Positions 9,978 through 17,957 of a DNA stretch of 64,000 nt are shown here, one piece after another. The stretch spans positions 9,833-73,832 of the forward strand of contig CAZPPS010000009.1 of the NCBI GenBank assembly GCA_964588495.1, read 5' to 3'. Every line of letters starts with the position of its first letter. Within the stretch, counting starts at the first letter, position 1. The position numbers and the translations under genes are program-made. The DNA comes from an uncultured bacterium. GTDB taxonomy: Bacteria > Chlamydiota > Chlamydiia > Chlamydiales > JAAKFR01. The notes beneath the pieces were generated by a model. The model saw nothing but the letters and a program-made list of their open reading frames with translations, was not told where the DNA came from and did not search any database.

Positions 9978-11344
9978 GATGTCTGCTCACTTATGTACCG
10001 ATCTTGATTCCGGTATTCCTCCGAATCTCCAACTTCAGGCCCATCTTTGATTTTTCGATCGAGCAAATAAATGAACAAAATGAAAATCAGCAAATAGATC
10101 AAGGAGAAAAGGGCTAACGAAAAAATGACCTGTCCCGGTTGGATATTTGGCGAAACACCCTCTTTTGTTAAAAGGACATTATGGACAACCCAAGGCTGTC
10201 TTCCAATTTCTGCAGAATCCCATCCCAGCTGATTGCCAATTTCGGGGAAAATGACGGAAATGACCAAAAAACGGAGTGTCCATTTGCTCTCAAGGATTTT
10301 TTTCCTCTTCCAGGCAACGAGTCCAAAAACGACACCTAGAAGCATTAAGCCCCACATGAAAATCATCCCGTGATAGGTCTGGAAGACGATTGGGACATTG
10401 GGCCATAGCTCTCTAGGAAATTGATCGAGCCCAGGAACCGGTTCACGAAAATTGCGGAAGGTTAAGAATGAAAGGAGCCCCGGAATTTGGATTCCCCAAA
10501 CTTTTTTCTCCTTCGCATTCACGGCGCCAATGACCCACATCGGAGTAGGCGTCTCGGTTGTGTAAACACCTTCAAAGGCAGCCAATTTGATGGGTTGATT
10601 GACCGCCACACCACGGGCGGTTGAATCTCCAGAAAAGCCCTGAAGGATGATACAAACGGCAGCTACAACCATTCCCATTTTAAAGCAACGCGTTGCAACA
10701 TCGAGATGGATTTTTTTTATTAGATAGTAAGCGCTCACACTAAGAACAAGAAAAGCTCCTGTAAGCCAGGCTGCGACAATTACGTGGACGAGCCTATCTT
10801 GCGAGGAAGGATTATTGAGCACAGCCCAAAAATTTTCGATTACCGCATGACGGGCAGCTCCTTCCCCCTCGATGGCATGTCCTGCTGGGGTTTGCATCCA
10901 GGAATTTGCAATCACGATCCAGACACCGCTGAAGTGAGCGCCAACAGTGACCATCACCGTTGCAAAAAAATGCATTTTAGGGCCCACACGGTTCCAGCCG
11001 AAAAGAAGGATTCCTAAAAAGCCCGATTCTAAAAAGAAGGCAAAAATCCCTTCAGCCCCCAGAATGCTCCCAAAAACGTTTCCCACAAAACGGGAAAACG
11101 TGGCCCAATTGGTTCCAAAACCAAAAATCTGCACAAGTCCCGTGGCGACTCCCACTGCAAAAATGAGGGCAAAGATTTTTACCCAAAAATGGGTCATTCT
11201 TTCATAGACAGGATTTTTCGTGACAAGATAGGCCCCTTCCATAATGACAAGCATCAGCCCCAAACCAATGCTCAGCGGAGGAAAAAGATAATGGAAAGAG
11301 ATATTCAAACCAAACTGTATACGAGAGAGTAGTAAGGCATCCAT
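9974..11344 (-). CDS. cydA: cytochrome bd ubiquinol oxidase subunit I
   Basis: CydA motifs LSRIQFG..FH..F and the Q-loop/periplasmic region [12 protein letters not shown]. Confidence 0.9.
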   Translation of the reverse strand: MDALLLSRIQFGLNISFHYLFPPLSIGLGLMLVIMEGAYLVTKNPVYERMTHFWVKIFALIFAVGVATGLVQIFGFGTNWATFSRFVGNVFGSILGAEGIFAFFLESGFLGILLFGWNRVGPKMHFFATVMVTVGAHFSGVWIVIANSWMQTPAGHAIEGEGAARHAVIENFWAVLNNPSSQDRLVHVIVAAWLTGAFLVLSVSAYYLIKKIHLDVATRCFKMGMVVAAVCIILQGFSGDSTARGVAVNQPIKLAAFEGVYTTETPTPMWVIGAVNAKEKKVWGIQIPGLLSFLTFRNFREPVPGLDQFPRELWPNVPIVFQTYHGMIFMWGLMLLGVVFGLVAWKRKKILESKWTLRFLVISVIFPEIGNQLGWDSAEIGRQPWVVHNVLLTKEGVSPNIQPGQVIFSLALFSLIYLLIFILFIYLLDRKIKDGPEVGDSEEYRNQDRYISEQTS

Positions 11345-11410
11345 AGCTTCATTTCCATCTTATAAAAAAGGGTACTATGGGACAGAAATGAAAAAAAAAC
11401 AACAGTATCC

Positions 11411-12259
11411 ATGAAGATATTGTCAACAAGTCAGCCTGCCAATACAATTCCCGCAAACGACTCGCAAGAGAAAAACATGACTTTTCTACACACGCTTATT
11501 CCTTTGATCGAAGTGATCATCATCTGGGTCATGTTTAACTATCTGCTCAAGTTTTTTTGGGGAACCCGGGCGATGGATGTCGTTTTGGGCTTCTTGGCCT
11601 TTCTTTTTATTTTTTTCCTCGCCAGCTGGTTTGCCTTTCCGGTCCTTGAAAAACTCCTCATTGGGATCATTAACGTCCTTGTTTTGGCAGTCATCATCAT
11701 TTTCCAACCCGAATTACGCCTTGCCCTTTCAAAATTGCGTATACGAGGAAAAAAATACCGAGAAATTCATGAGTTTGACAACTTTTTAGAAGGTCTTGTC
11801 AATTCCGTTTACAAACTCTCTGAAAAGCAGATCGGCGCCTTGATTGTTCTCGAAAATCAAGATTCTTATGAAGAATACTCAAGCTCTGCAGTGCAGATGA
11901 ACGCTGCTTTTTCACCCGAGCTTTTGGAAACAATCTTCATGACAACAACCCCTTTGCACGATGGAGCCGTTGTCATTAGAGGAACAACGATTGTGGCAGC
12001 CGGCACCATTTTACCCCTTGCGCAAGAGACAGCTCAACTTGCAAAATCGATGGGAACCAGGCATAGAGCAGCTCTTGGAGCCTCTCAAAAAACAGATGCT
12101 TTGATCATTGTGGTTTCAGAAGAAACGGGAAAGGTTTCCATTGCACGCGACGGCATTCTTACACGGGGCATTAAAATCGACCGTTTCAGGGGCATTGTCC
12201 GTAGCATTTTCACACCGCCCGACTTGACCCGGCGCTTTAAACTATGGGGATGGCGGTAA
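11411..12259 (+). CDS. dacA: diadenylate cyclase (c-di-AMP synthase, CdaA/DacA type)
   Basis: N-terminal TM helices plus a DisA_N domain with DGA (PLHDGAVVI) and RHRAA (GTRHRAALG) motifs. An alternative start is ATG 11477. Confidence 0.9.
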   Translation: MKILSTSQPANTIPANDSQEKNMTFLHTLIPLIEVIIIWVMFNYLLKFFWGTRAMDVVLGFLAFLFIFFLASWFAFPVLEKLLIGIINVLVLAVIIIFQPELRLALSKLRIRGKKYREIHEFDNFLEGLVNSVYKLSEKQIGALIVLENQDSYEEYSSSAVQMNAAFSPELLETIFMTTTPLHDGAVVIRGTTIVAAGTILPLAQETAQLAKSMGTRHRAALGASQKTDALIIVVSEETGKVSIARDGILTRGIKIDRFRGIVRSIFTPPDLTRRFKLWGWR

Positions 12260-13491
12260 TGAGAGCTATTTTAACACGCATTTTCATCAAACATTGGCCA
12301 CGAAAGCTTGTCGCGCTCACCACCGCAATTATTGTGTGGTTTTTGGTCAACCAAACCATCACAGTCACCCGCACTATCGCAGATGTGCCCGTCAGAGTGA
12401 TCAATCTTCCTCCCGATAAAACAGTTTTAGGCCTCCTTCCTAATGGGCTTTTAAATAAACGGATTGCCATTACAGTTTCAGGAAAAAAATCGACAATCAC
12501 CGATTTACATCCTACAGATCTCGAAGTGACCATCAATGCTGAAGGGCATAAAGAGAGCTGGATTGCATCAATTTCAAAAAGAAACCTGGTCAGTTTGAAT
12601 CCCGCTTTCGATCTTAATAAAGATATTTCTGAAATGAGCGCCAACGACATCTTTATTAAATTGAGCAAACTGGTCACTGACGACATTCCTGTGACCATCA
12701 CCAAGCCTGTGGGTGATCCTCCAAAGGGATACCAGTTTCTTGAAATCTGGCCGCGGTATTTAACTCAAAAGGTGAGTGGCCCTGAAGAGCAAATCCGTGA
12801 GCTCAAACAAAAGGGCATTGAGCTTACTTTTAACCTGAATAGGATCGCTCAAACAGACCTGGACACTCTCTATGAAAGGCACAAAAGAGATGAAATTTAC
12901 TTTTTGGTCCCCGATGCCTGGAAAAAAGTGGCCATTCCATTTAAAGATAATGCCCTAGAGCCCCTGAATGATCCAAGAGCCGATTTGCTCCGTATTGATT
13001 TCCTTAAAAAGGAACTCATTTTCTTGGGAGCCGATATGCCCATTACCATTTTCTTTCCCATCAAATATAGCCAAACAATCAACCCCCAAACCTACTCTTT
13101 GGCAGCAGCTGATATAATCCAGAAGAGAAATGGACTTAAAAGACTGACAGTTCCCCTTTATGTACGTGATGTATCGACTCTCTTTCTCGATGTTGTCCGC
13201 GATAATCTCCTTCTCGTGATTGTGGCAGCTCCCAAAAACGTCCAGGAGACTCTTTATTGGTCGATACAAGTGATCGATACCAAAAACCTTGAGGATGCCT
13301 TTGTCAAAGCCTCCTTTGAGCAGGCAGATGAAAAATACACTGAAGAGAGCTTCACCAAATATAGCGAGCAAGCCATCCGCTATCGATTCCGGGAATATGT
13401 CAATAAACTGGTTGTATTCACTGAGGATGGTAAACCTTTCCAAATGAAAGCAGAGCTGGATGCCAACACAGTCAACCTCATTTTGGAGTAA
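12244..13491 (+). CDS. ybbR: YbbR-domain protein (CdaR-like partner of the cyclase)
   Basis: Overlaps the dacA stop (a TAATG start at 12259 is also possible). It has an N-terminal TM helix and repeated beta-rich YbbR-like modules. Position next to dacA matches other bacteria. Confidence 0.7.
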   Translation: MGMAVMRAILTRIFIKHWPRKLVALTTAIIVWFLVNQTITVTRTIADVPVRVINLPPDKTVLGLLPNGLLNKRIAITVSGKKSTITDLHPTDLEVTINAEGHKESWIASISKRNLVSLNPAFDLNKDISEMSANDIFIKLSKLVTDDIPVTITKPVGDPPKGYQFLEIWPRYLTQKVSGPEEQIRELKQKGIELTFNLNRIAQTDLDTLYERHKRDEIYFLVPDAWKKVAIPFKDNALEPLNDPRADLLRIDFLKKELIFLGADMPITIFFPIKYSQTINPQTYSLAAADIIQKRNGLKRLTVPLYVRDVSTLFLDVVRDNLLLVIVAAPKNVQETLYWSIQVIDTKNLEDAFVKASFEQADEKYTEESFTKYSEQAIRYRFREYVNKLVVFTEDGKPFQMKAELDANTVNLILE

Positions 13492-13530
13492 TTTGTATCC
13501 TTGGCGACTCTGACGGCACAAACTTGCTTA

Positions 13531-13745
13531 TTTTTAAACACAAAGACACAAAGGCACAAAGAAATAGTATTCTTTCCCTCTCTGTGTTCTCTGTGTCCTC
13601 TGTGGTTTTATAAATTCCCCCCGCAGTGTTTTTGCAAATAAGGTTTCGGGAAAAATAAAAAACCACAGAGAACACAGAGAACACAGATAAGAAAAAAACT
13701 ATCTCTTTCTATCTTCGTGTCTTTGTGTCTTTGTGTTTAAAAAAA
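13531..13745. repeat. ~215-bp nested-palindrome element, copy A (MITE-like)
   Basis: Outer arms are TTTTTAAACACAAAGACACAAAGGCACAAAG / CTTCGTGTCTTTGTGTCTTTGTGTTTAAAAA. Inner arms are CTCTGTGTTCTCTGTGTCCTCTGTGGTTTT / AAAAACCACAGAGAACACAGAGAACACAG. They surround a ~50-nt core. Confidence 0.85.
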
Positions 13746-13790
13746 GCGCAGACTTAGGTCGCGTACGCTAGTTACGACGGAAAAACAATA

Positions 13791-14891
13791 ATGAAAGTCA
13801 CATTTTTAAAGAGTAGAGCCAACTTTCGAGGGGGGCTGGAAAAGTATACGCGGCAGCTGATTCAGGCTTTTGTTGAAAAAGGGTGCGAGGTTACCTTGTT
13901 GACAACCGGAGAGCCTCCGCAGATCCCTAAGATGCGTGTCCACTCCCTTGCTCCCAATTCGAAGCTGGCCGTCTTCCACCTCAGCCGCTTTGACACACTT
14001 TGCAGAAAGTGGCTCCAAGAGCATCCTCAAGATGTGATTTTTGGGATGGAGCGGACAAGCCTCCAAACTCATTACCGCGCAGGAAGTGGTGTGCACGCGA
14101 TTTATCTGCAAAGACGGGCACTTGTGGATTCTTTTTGGAAAAAATGCACGTTTGCCCTCAATCCTCTCCATCGGAAAGTCCTCTCTATTGAGAAAAAAAC
14201 CTTCGAAGACCCTAATCTGAGAGTGTTATTTACCAATTCTCACATGGTCAAAAATGAAATCCTAACGACCTACAAGACAGATCCTTCCAAAATTGAAGTG
14301 GTCCATAACGGCGTAGAGTGGCACAAATGGCAAACCCCCTTTGAAGAAACTTTTGCTCAAAAAAGAGGATCTCAAATCGAACTTCTTTTCATCGGCAACG
14401 GCTACAAGAGAAAAGGACTTCTTTTTTTGCTCAATGCTTTGGCCCACATCCCCGAAGATTTCCATCTGACAGTCGCAGGTAAAGACAAAAACCCTGCCTT
14501 TTTTGAAGAAACAGCAACCCGATTGGGACTCCAAAGAAAGGTCTCATTCATTGGCTCCCAACAAAATTTGCTTCCCGCCTATCAGAAAGCAGATATCCTT
14601 GTGATTCCTTCCCTCTATGATCCGTTTGCCAATGTGACAGTGGAGGCCTTAGCGATGGGCCTTTATGTGGTCTCCTCCCCCTTTAACGGAGGCTCTGAAG
14701 TGCTCCAGGAGTTTTCAGGGACTGTGATAGAAGATCTTTTTTCAACAGAGAGCGTCACTTCAGCCTTAAAAAAAGCTTTTGCCCACCCTAAAACTGAAGA
14801 GAGTGCGCGGAAAATACGAGAGAGTATTAAAGAGTTGGATTTTTCGAACCAATTAGATAAAATCGTTCTCAAAACTCTCCAAACCATTTAA
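13791..14891 (+). CDS. glycosyltransferase, GT-B fold family 4 (group 1)
   Basis: 366 aa with C-terminal signature LVIPSLYDPFANVTVEALAMGLYVVSS..GGSEV (an EX7E-type region). Confidence 0.85.
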   Translation: MKVTFLKSRANFRGGLEKYTRQLIQAFVEKGCEVTLLTTGEPPQIPKMRVHSLAPNSKLAVFHLSRFDTLCRKWLQEHPQDVIFGMERTSLQTHYRAGSGVHAIYLQRRALVDSFWKKCTFALNPLHRKVLSIEKKTFEDPNLRVLFTNSHMVKNEILTTYKTDPSKIEVVHNGVEWHKWQTPFEETFAQKRGSQIELLFIGNGYKRKGLLFLLNALAHIPEDFHLTVAGKDKNPAFFEETATRLGLQRKVSFIGSQQNLLPAYQKADILVIPSLYDPFANVTVEALAMGLYVVSSPFNGGSEVLQEFSGTVIEDLFSTESVTSALKKAFAHPKTEESARKIRESIKELDFSNQLDKIVLKTLQTI

Positions 14892-14902
14892 TCTTTGTAT
14901 AT

Positions 14903-15122
14903 TTTTAAACACAAAGACACGAAGACACAAAGGCACAAAGAGAAAGAAATAAAATAACCCTTCTCTCTGTTCTCTGTGTCCTCTGTGGTTTTTTATTTTT
15001 TCTCGGGACACTATTTCTCAAATAGCTTGCGTGAATTTCGAAAAACCACAGAGGACACAGAGAACACAGCGAAGAAAAATGAAATTTCTATCTCTTCTTT
15101 CCATTGTGTCTTTGTGTTTAAT
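14903..15122. repeat. ~215-bp nested-palindrome element, copy B (core inverted relative to copy A)
   Basis: It has the same outer (AAACACAAAGACAC...) and inner (CTCTGTGTCCTCTGTGGTTTT / AAAACCACAGAGGACACAGAGAACACAG) arms as copy A. The central ~50 nt aligns to the reverse complement of copy A's core. Confidence 0.85.
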
Positions 15123-15146
15123 AAAAGATTTGCAGCTCAGACAACC

Positions 15147-16397
15147 ATGATTTATTTTTTTAACTATTGCATCTTTCGGATTTTTGGCTTTTTTGTGTCT
15201 CTGCTTTCTTACAAGATGCTCCACCGCGTGGGGAATATCGCAGGAATTTGCGCCTTTTACCTCCATAAACCCTACCGCAAAAAGGCTCTCATTAACCTTG
15301 CCATTGCTTTTGGGGAGACAAAAACGGAAAAAGAGCGCCTTGCGATTGCCAAAAAGTCTTTCCAGAATTTAATGATTACCTGTCTGGAATTTTTCCGTCT
15401 CAAAAAAAGCTACAAAAAAACTTCTGAAATTGCCAGCCTGACAGAGGCTCCCGAGCTCACAAAGCTTCTTGAAAACAAGCAGGGGATCGTTTTTTTGAGC
15501 GCCCATCAGGCCAACTGGGAAGTTCCCTTTATTGCCCTAACAGAAAAATATCGAGGCGTTGCGATCGGTCGCCCTGTCAAAAATAAACGACTCTACCGCT
15601 ATGTGCTTTCGGTGCGCGAAATGCACGGTGGAAAAATTGTCACTCCTAAAAATGCAATCAAGGCTAGTCTTAAAGCGTTAAAAGGAGGAGAATTTTTGGG
15701 TATTGTTGGGGATCAAGCCTACCAGGATAGCCCCTACCATTACCCATTTTTTGGAACAAGGGCTTGGACCGCTTCCACTCCTGCCCTCTTGGCGTACAAA
15801 ACCGGCTGTCCTCTGGTTGTGGGAACCACTAAACGCATCAACGACCACTATTACATAAAAGCTGCAAAACCTATCTGGCCTGATCTTGCCGCCCCTATCA
15901 AAGATGAGGTGCCCAAGATGATGGATGAAGCCATGCATTATCTTGAAAAAAGCATCAATGAGATTCCTGAACAGTGGATGTGGATCCATAACAGGTGGAA
16001 ACAGCCACGCGTTAATCACCTCAAAAGGAAATACCGGCACAATTTTGTGTTAATCGTGCTTCCACCAAATCCAAAGCCCTTTTTGGAGACTCTGCCCCTC
16101 ATCAGGAATCTTTTTCCCGAAGGCTTTTTGACCTTTTTTGTTCCCAAAGGAGCTACAATTTCTGTTTCAGATTGCACGGTGAAAGAATATGAAAAAGAAG
16201 AGGATCTTTTTATCCGAGACTGGCGCTTTCAATTGGTAATCGATTTTTACGATTCGAGCAAACTGCGCCGCCATTTCTTGAAGATGGGAGCTTATCACGC
16301 CCTCTCTTTGCCAAATATGAAGCCGCAAAAAACCCTTTCAGAAACCCTTAAACACCATTTGGTAAGGCCTGAATGCCACACGACCGCTTTTATTTAA
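15147..16397 (+). CDS. lpxL: lipid A biosynthesis (lauroyl/late) acyltransferase LpxL/HtrB family, with C-terminal extension
   Basis: N-terminal TM helix, HX4E acyltransferase motif (SAHQANWE), and the LpxL-type end WMWIHNRWK followed by ~115 extra residues. ATG at 15147 was chosen because the track start at 14976 lies inside repeat copy B. Confidence 0.8.
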   Translation: MIYFFNYCIFRIFGFFVSLLSYKMLHRVGNIAGICAFYLHKPYRKKALINLAIAFGETKTEKERLAIAKKSFQNLMITCLEFFRLKKSYKKTSEIASLTEAPELTKLLENKQGIVFLSAHQANWEVPFIALTEKYRGVAIGRPVKNKRLYRYVLSVREMHGGKIVTPKNAIKASLKALKGGEFLGIVGDQAYQDSPYHYPFFGTRAWTASTPALLAYKTGCPLVVGTTKRINDHYYIKAAKPIWPDLAAPIKDEVPKMMDEAMHYLEKSINEIPEQWMWIHNRWKQPRVNHLKRKYRHNFVLIVLPPNPKPFLETLPLIRNLFPEGFLTFFVPKGATISVSDCTVKEYEKEEDLFIRDWRFQLVIDFYDSSKLRRHFLKMGAYHALSLPNMKPQKTLSETLKHHLVRPECHTTAFI

Positions 16398-17080
16398 ATT
16401 CTCAGTTTCAAAAAGAAGCTGAAGTTGAGCTCTCTGGAGAAGAGGCCCATCATTTGCAAGTCATGCGCAAGCGAGAGGGTGAAATCATTGAGCTTGTTAA
16501 CGGTCAAAATCAACTGGCAAGGGCAAAAATCCTCTCTTTTGGGAAAAAGCAAATCGCCCTTCAAGTGCTTGGGATCACACACAAAGAGCCTTCAAAAAAC
16601 AAAATCATCCTCTGCCAGGCCCTCTGCCGTCCCAATCGTCTTGATACCATCGTCGAAAAAGGGACAGAGCTTGGAATGGATGAGCTTTGGCTTTTTCCCG
16701 GCCAGCTCAGCGAAAAAAAAGAGCTCACCCCTAATCAACTCGAAAGGCTCCATACCATCACAATTGCCGCGATGAAGCAGTGTGGCCGTTTGGATCTCCC
16801 TAAGATTATTGTGAAAGAGCCTTTGCTGAAGTGGCAAAAACTGCCCGAAAATATGATTTTTTACTTTGGAGACACCGATGAGAAGGCTCCTTGGATCCAA
16901 AATTGTGTCAAAAAAGCTACACAATGTGTCGTGATGATAGGCCCAGAGGCGGGCTTTTCGGATGCCGAAACGGAATTTTTAAGAAATGCAGGGGCACAAG
17001 GTGTGCGCCTGCATTCCAATATTTTGCGCACTGAGACAGCAGCTATTGCCGCTTTGGTACTAGTCTCGGTTAGTTTTTAG
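16373..17080 (+). CDS. rsmE: 16S rRNA (uracil1498-N3)-methyltransferase RsmE
   Basis: N-terminal PUA-like region (RFYL...L.GEEAHHL.V.R...GE) and a C-terminal SPOUT block (IGPEAGFS..E......G...V.L...ILRTETA). Confidence 0.85.
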   Translation: MPHDRFYLNSQFQKEAEVELSGEEAHHLQVMRKREGEIIELVNGQNQLARAKILSFGKKQIALQVLGITHKEPSKNKIILCQALCRPNRLDTIVEKGTELGMDELWLFPGQLSEKKELTPNQLERLHTITIAAMKQCGRLDLPKIIVKEPLLKWQKLPENMIFYFGDTDEKAPWIQNCVKKATQCVVMIGPEAGFSDAETEFLRNAGAQGVRLHSNILRTETAAIAALVLVSVSF

Positions 17081-17803
17081 GTAGTTAATCCATTCCTTTA
17101 TTGCTGCCAATTCCCACTTGGTTTCAGCAAGTTCCAGTTCTAGATTACGTACTTTGCTCTCCACATGCACCAAGTCATTGCGCCAGTTAGAAATAGCTAC
17201 AGTGAGGTTTTTAGATTCGCACTCTCCAGGATGCCAGCCGTTATGAAGCAACCTGGAATTTTCCACCAGAAAGCCCCTTATTGCTGTATGTATACTGTAT
17301 ATCTCATCTGCGAGCTTTTTTGGAAACGCGAGATCCTCCATTTTTTTTGCAATAGGTGGCAAATCAGACGTACAAATCGAAACAAGCTCCATCACTTTAT
17401 CGTATTCAGGATCATGCTCTCCTGGATAAATGCCCTCATGTTTGAAATTTTTGTCTATGATCGTCATGATCTCTTTTCTAATAGAAAGAAGGTCACTTGA
17501 AAGTTCTGAAAATTCTTCCTTCTGAACACCTTTTTCAAAATCACAGGTTTTTTGTCTTACTTTTTCTAAGTCAGTACTTAATAATTTCATAACTGGATGG
17601 ATCTTTGAATATCCAGGGCAAACTTCTACAGGGCACCCTCCACTATAGAAGAAGAAATTTTTGTTTATGATGTCTATTGCCTTTTGTTGAAAGTCATGAA
17701 GTTCTTTTGACAATTTTGGCGAGGTGGCTTGGCTGCAGCACGCTTTAACTGCAGGTTGCATGAAATGGCTTGATTTTACGCTGGTGGTTTTTCCTACAAA
17801 CAT
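17060..17803 (-). CDS. hypothetical protein with three internal ~58-aa repeats and C-terminal coiled coil
   Basis: SD GGAGA lies before the ATG. The repeats are IDIINKNFFFYSGGCPVEVCPGY..., IMTIIDKNFKHEGIYPGEHDPEY... and IHTAIRGFLVENSRLLHNGWHPGECES.... No family recognised. Confidence 0.6.
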   Translation of the reverse strand: MFVGKTTSVKSSHFMQPAVKACCSQATSPKLSKELHDFQQKAIDIINKNFFFYSGGCPVEVCPGYSKIHPVMKLLSTDLEKVRQKTCDFEKGVQKEEFSELSSDLLSIRKEIMTIIDKNFKHEGIYPGEHDPEYDKVMELVSICTSDLPPIAKKMEDLAFPKKLADEIYSIHTAIRGFLVENSRLLHNGWHPGECESKNLTVAISNWRNDLVHVESKVRNLELELAETKWELAAIKEWINYLKTNRD

Positions 17804-17957
17804 GTTATCTCCATGAGTTTAAAAGAGGTGAGACGGTAGCATCTATTTTAAGATTAAGTCAACACCAGAAAAAAAGCTCCCATCTCACAAAAAAGAGCTA
17901 TTGGTCTAGACTAAAAGTGTGAAGAAAGGTTAAAAGTAAGGAAAAAATTTTTTAAAC

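Noticed and set aside
12955-13521. 188-aa ORF antisense to ybbR, and many similar 60-140-aa antisense ORFs inside uvrA, valS, rpoC, atpA and the ABC-F gene
   Set aside because: They are fully nested in strongly supported genes and have no SD or recognisable motifs. This is typical shadow-ORF behaviour.
13478-13684. 68-aa minus-strand ORF in the ybbR-GT spacer
   Set aside because: It is a translation of the nested-palindrome repeat. It has no SD and its low-complexity peptide mirrors the other repeat copy.
13531-15122. Possibility that the CACAGAG/CACAAAG or GTGCCC repeats are CRISPR arrays
   Set aside because: The units are short heptamer or hexamer iterations arranged as inverted-repeat arms. 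There are no regularly spaced direct repeats separated by unique 30-40-nt spacers, and no cas genes lie nearby.
14976-15146. N-terminal 57 codons of the track ORF 14976-16397 (MSSVVFYFFSGHYF...TTEDTENTAKK...)
   Set aside because: This stretch lies entirely inside repeat copy B. The same 'TTEDTENTE' peptide appears in the spurious ORF across copy A. The LpxL homology starts after ATG 15147.
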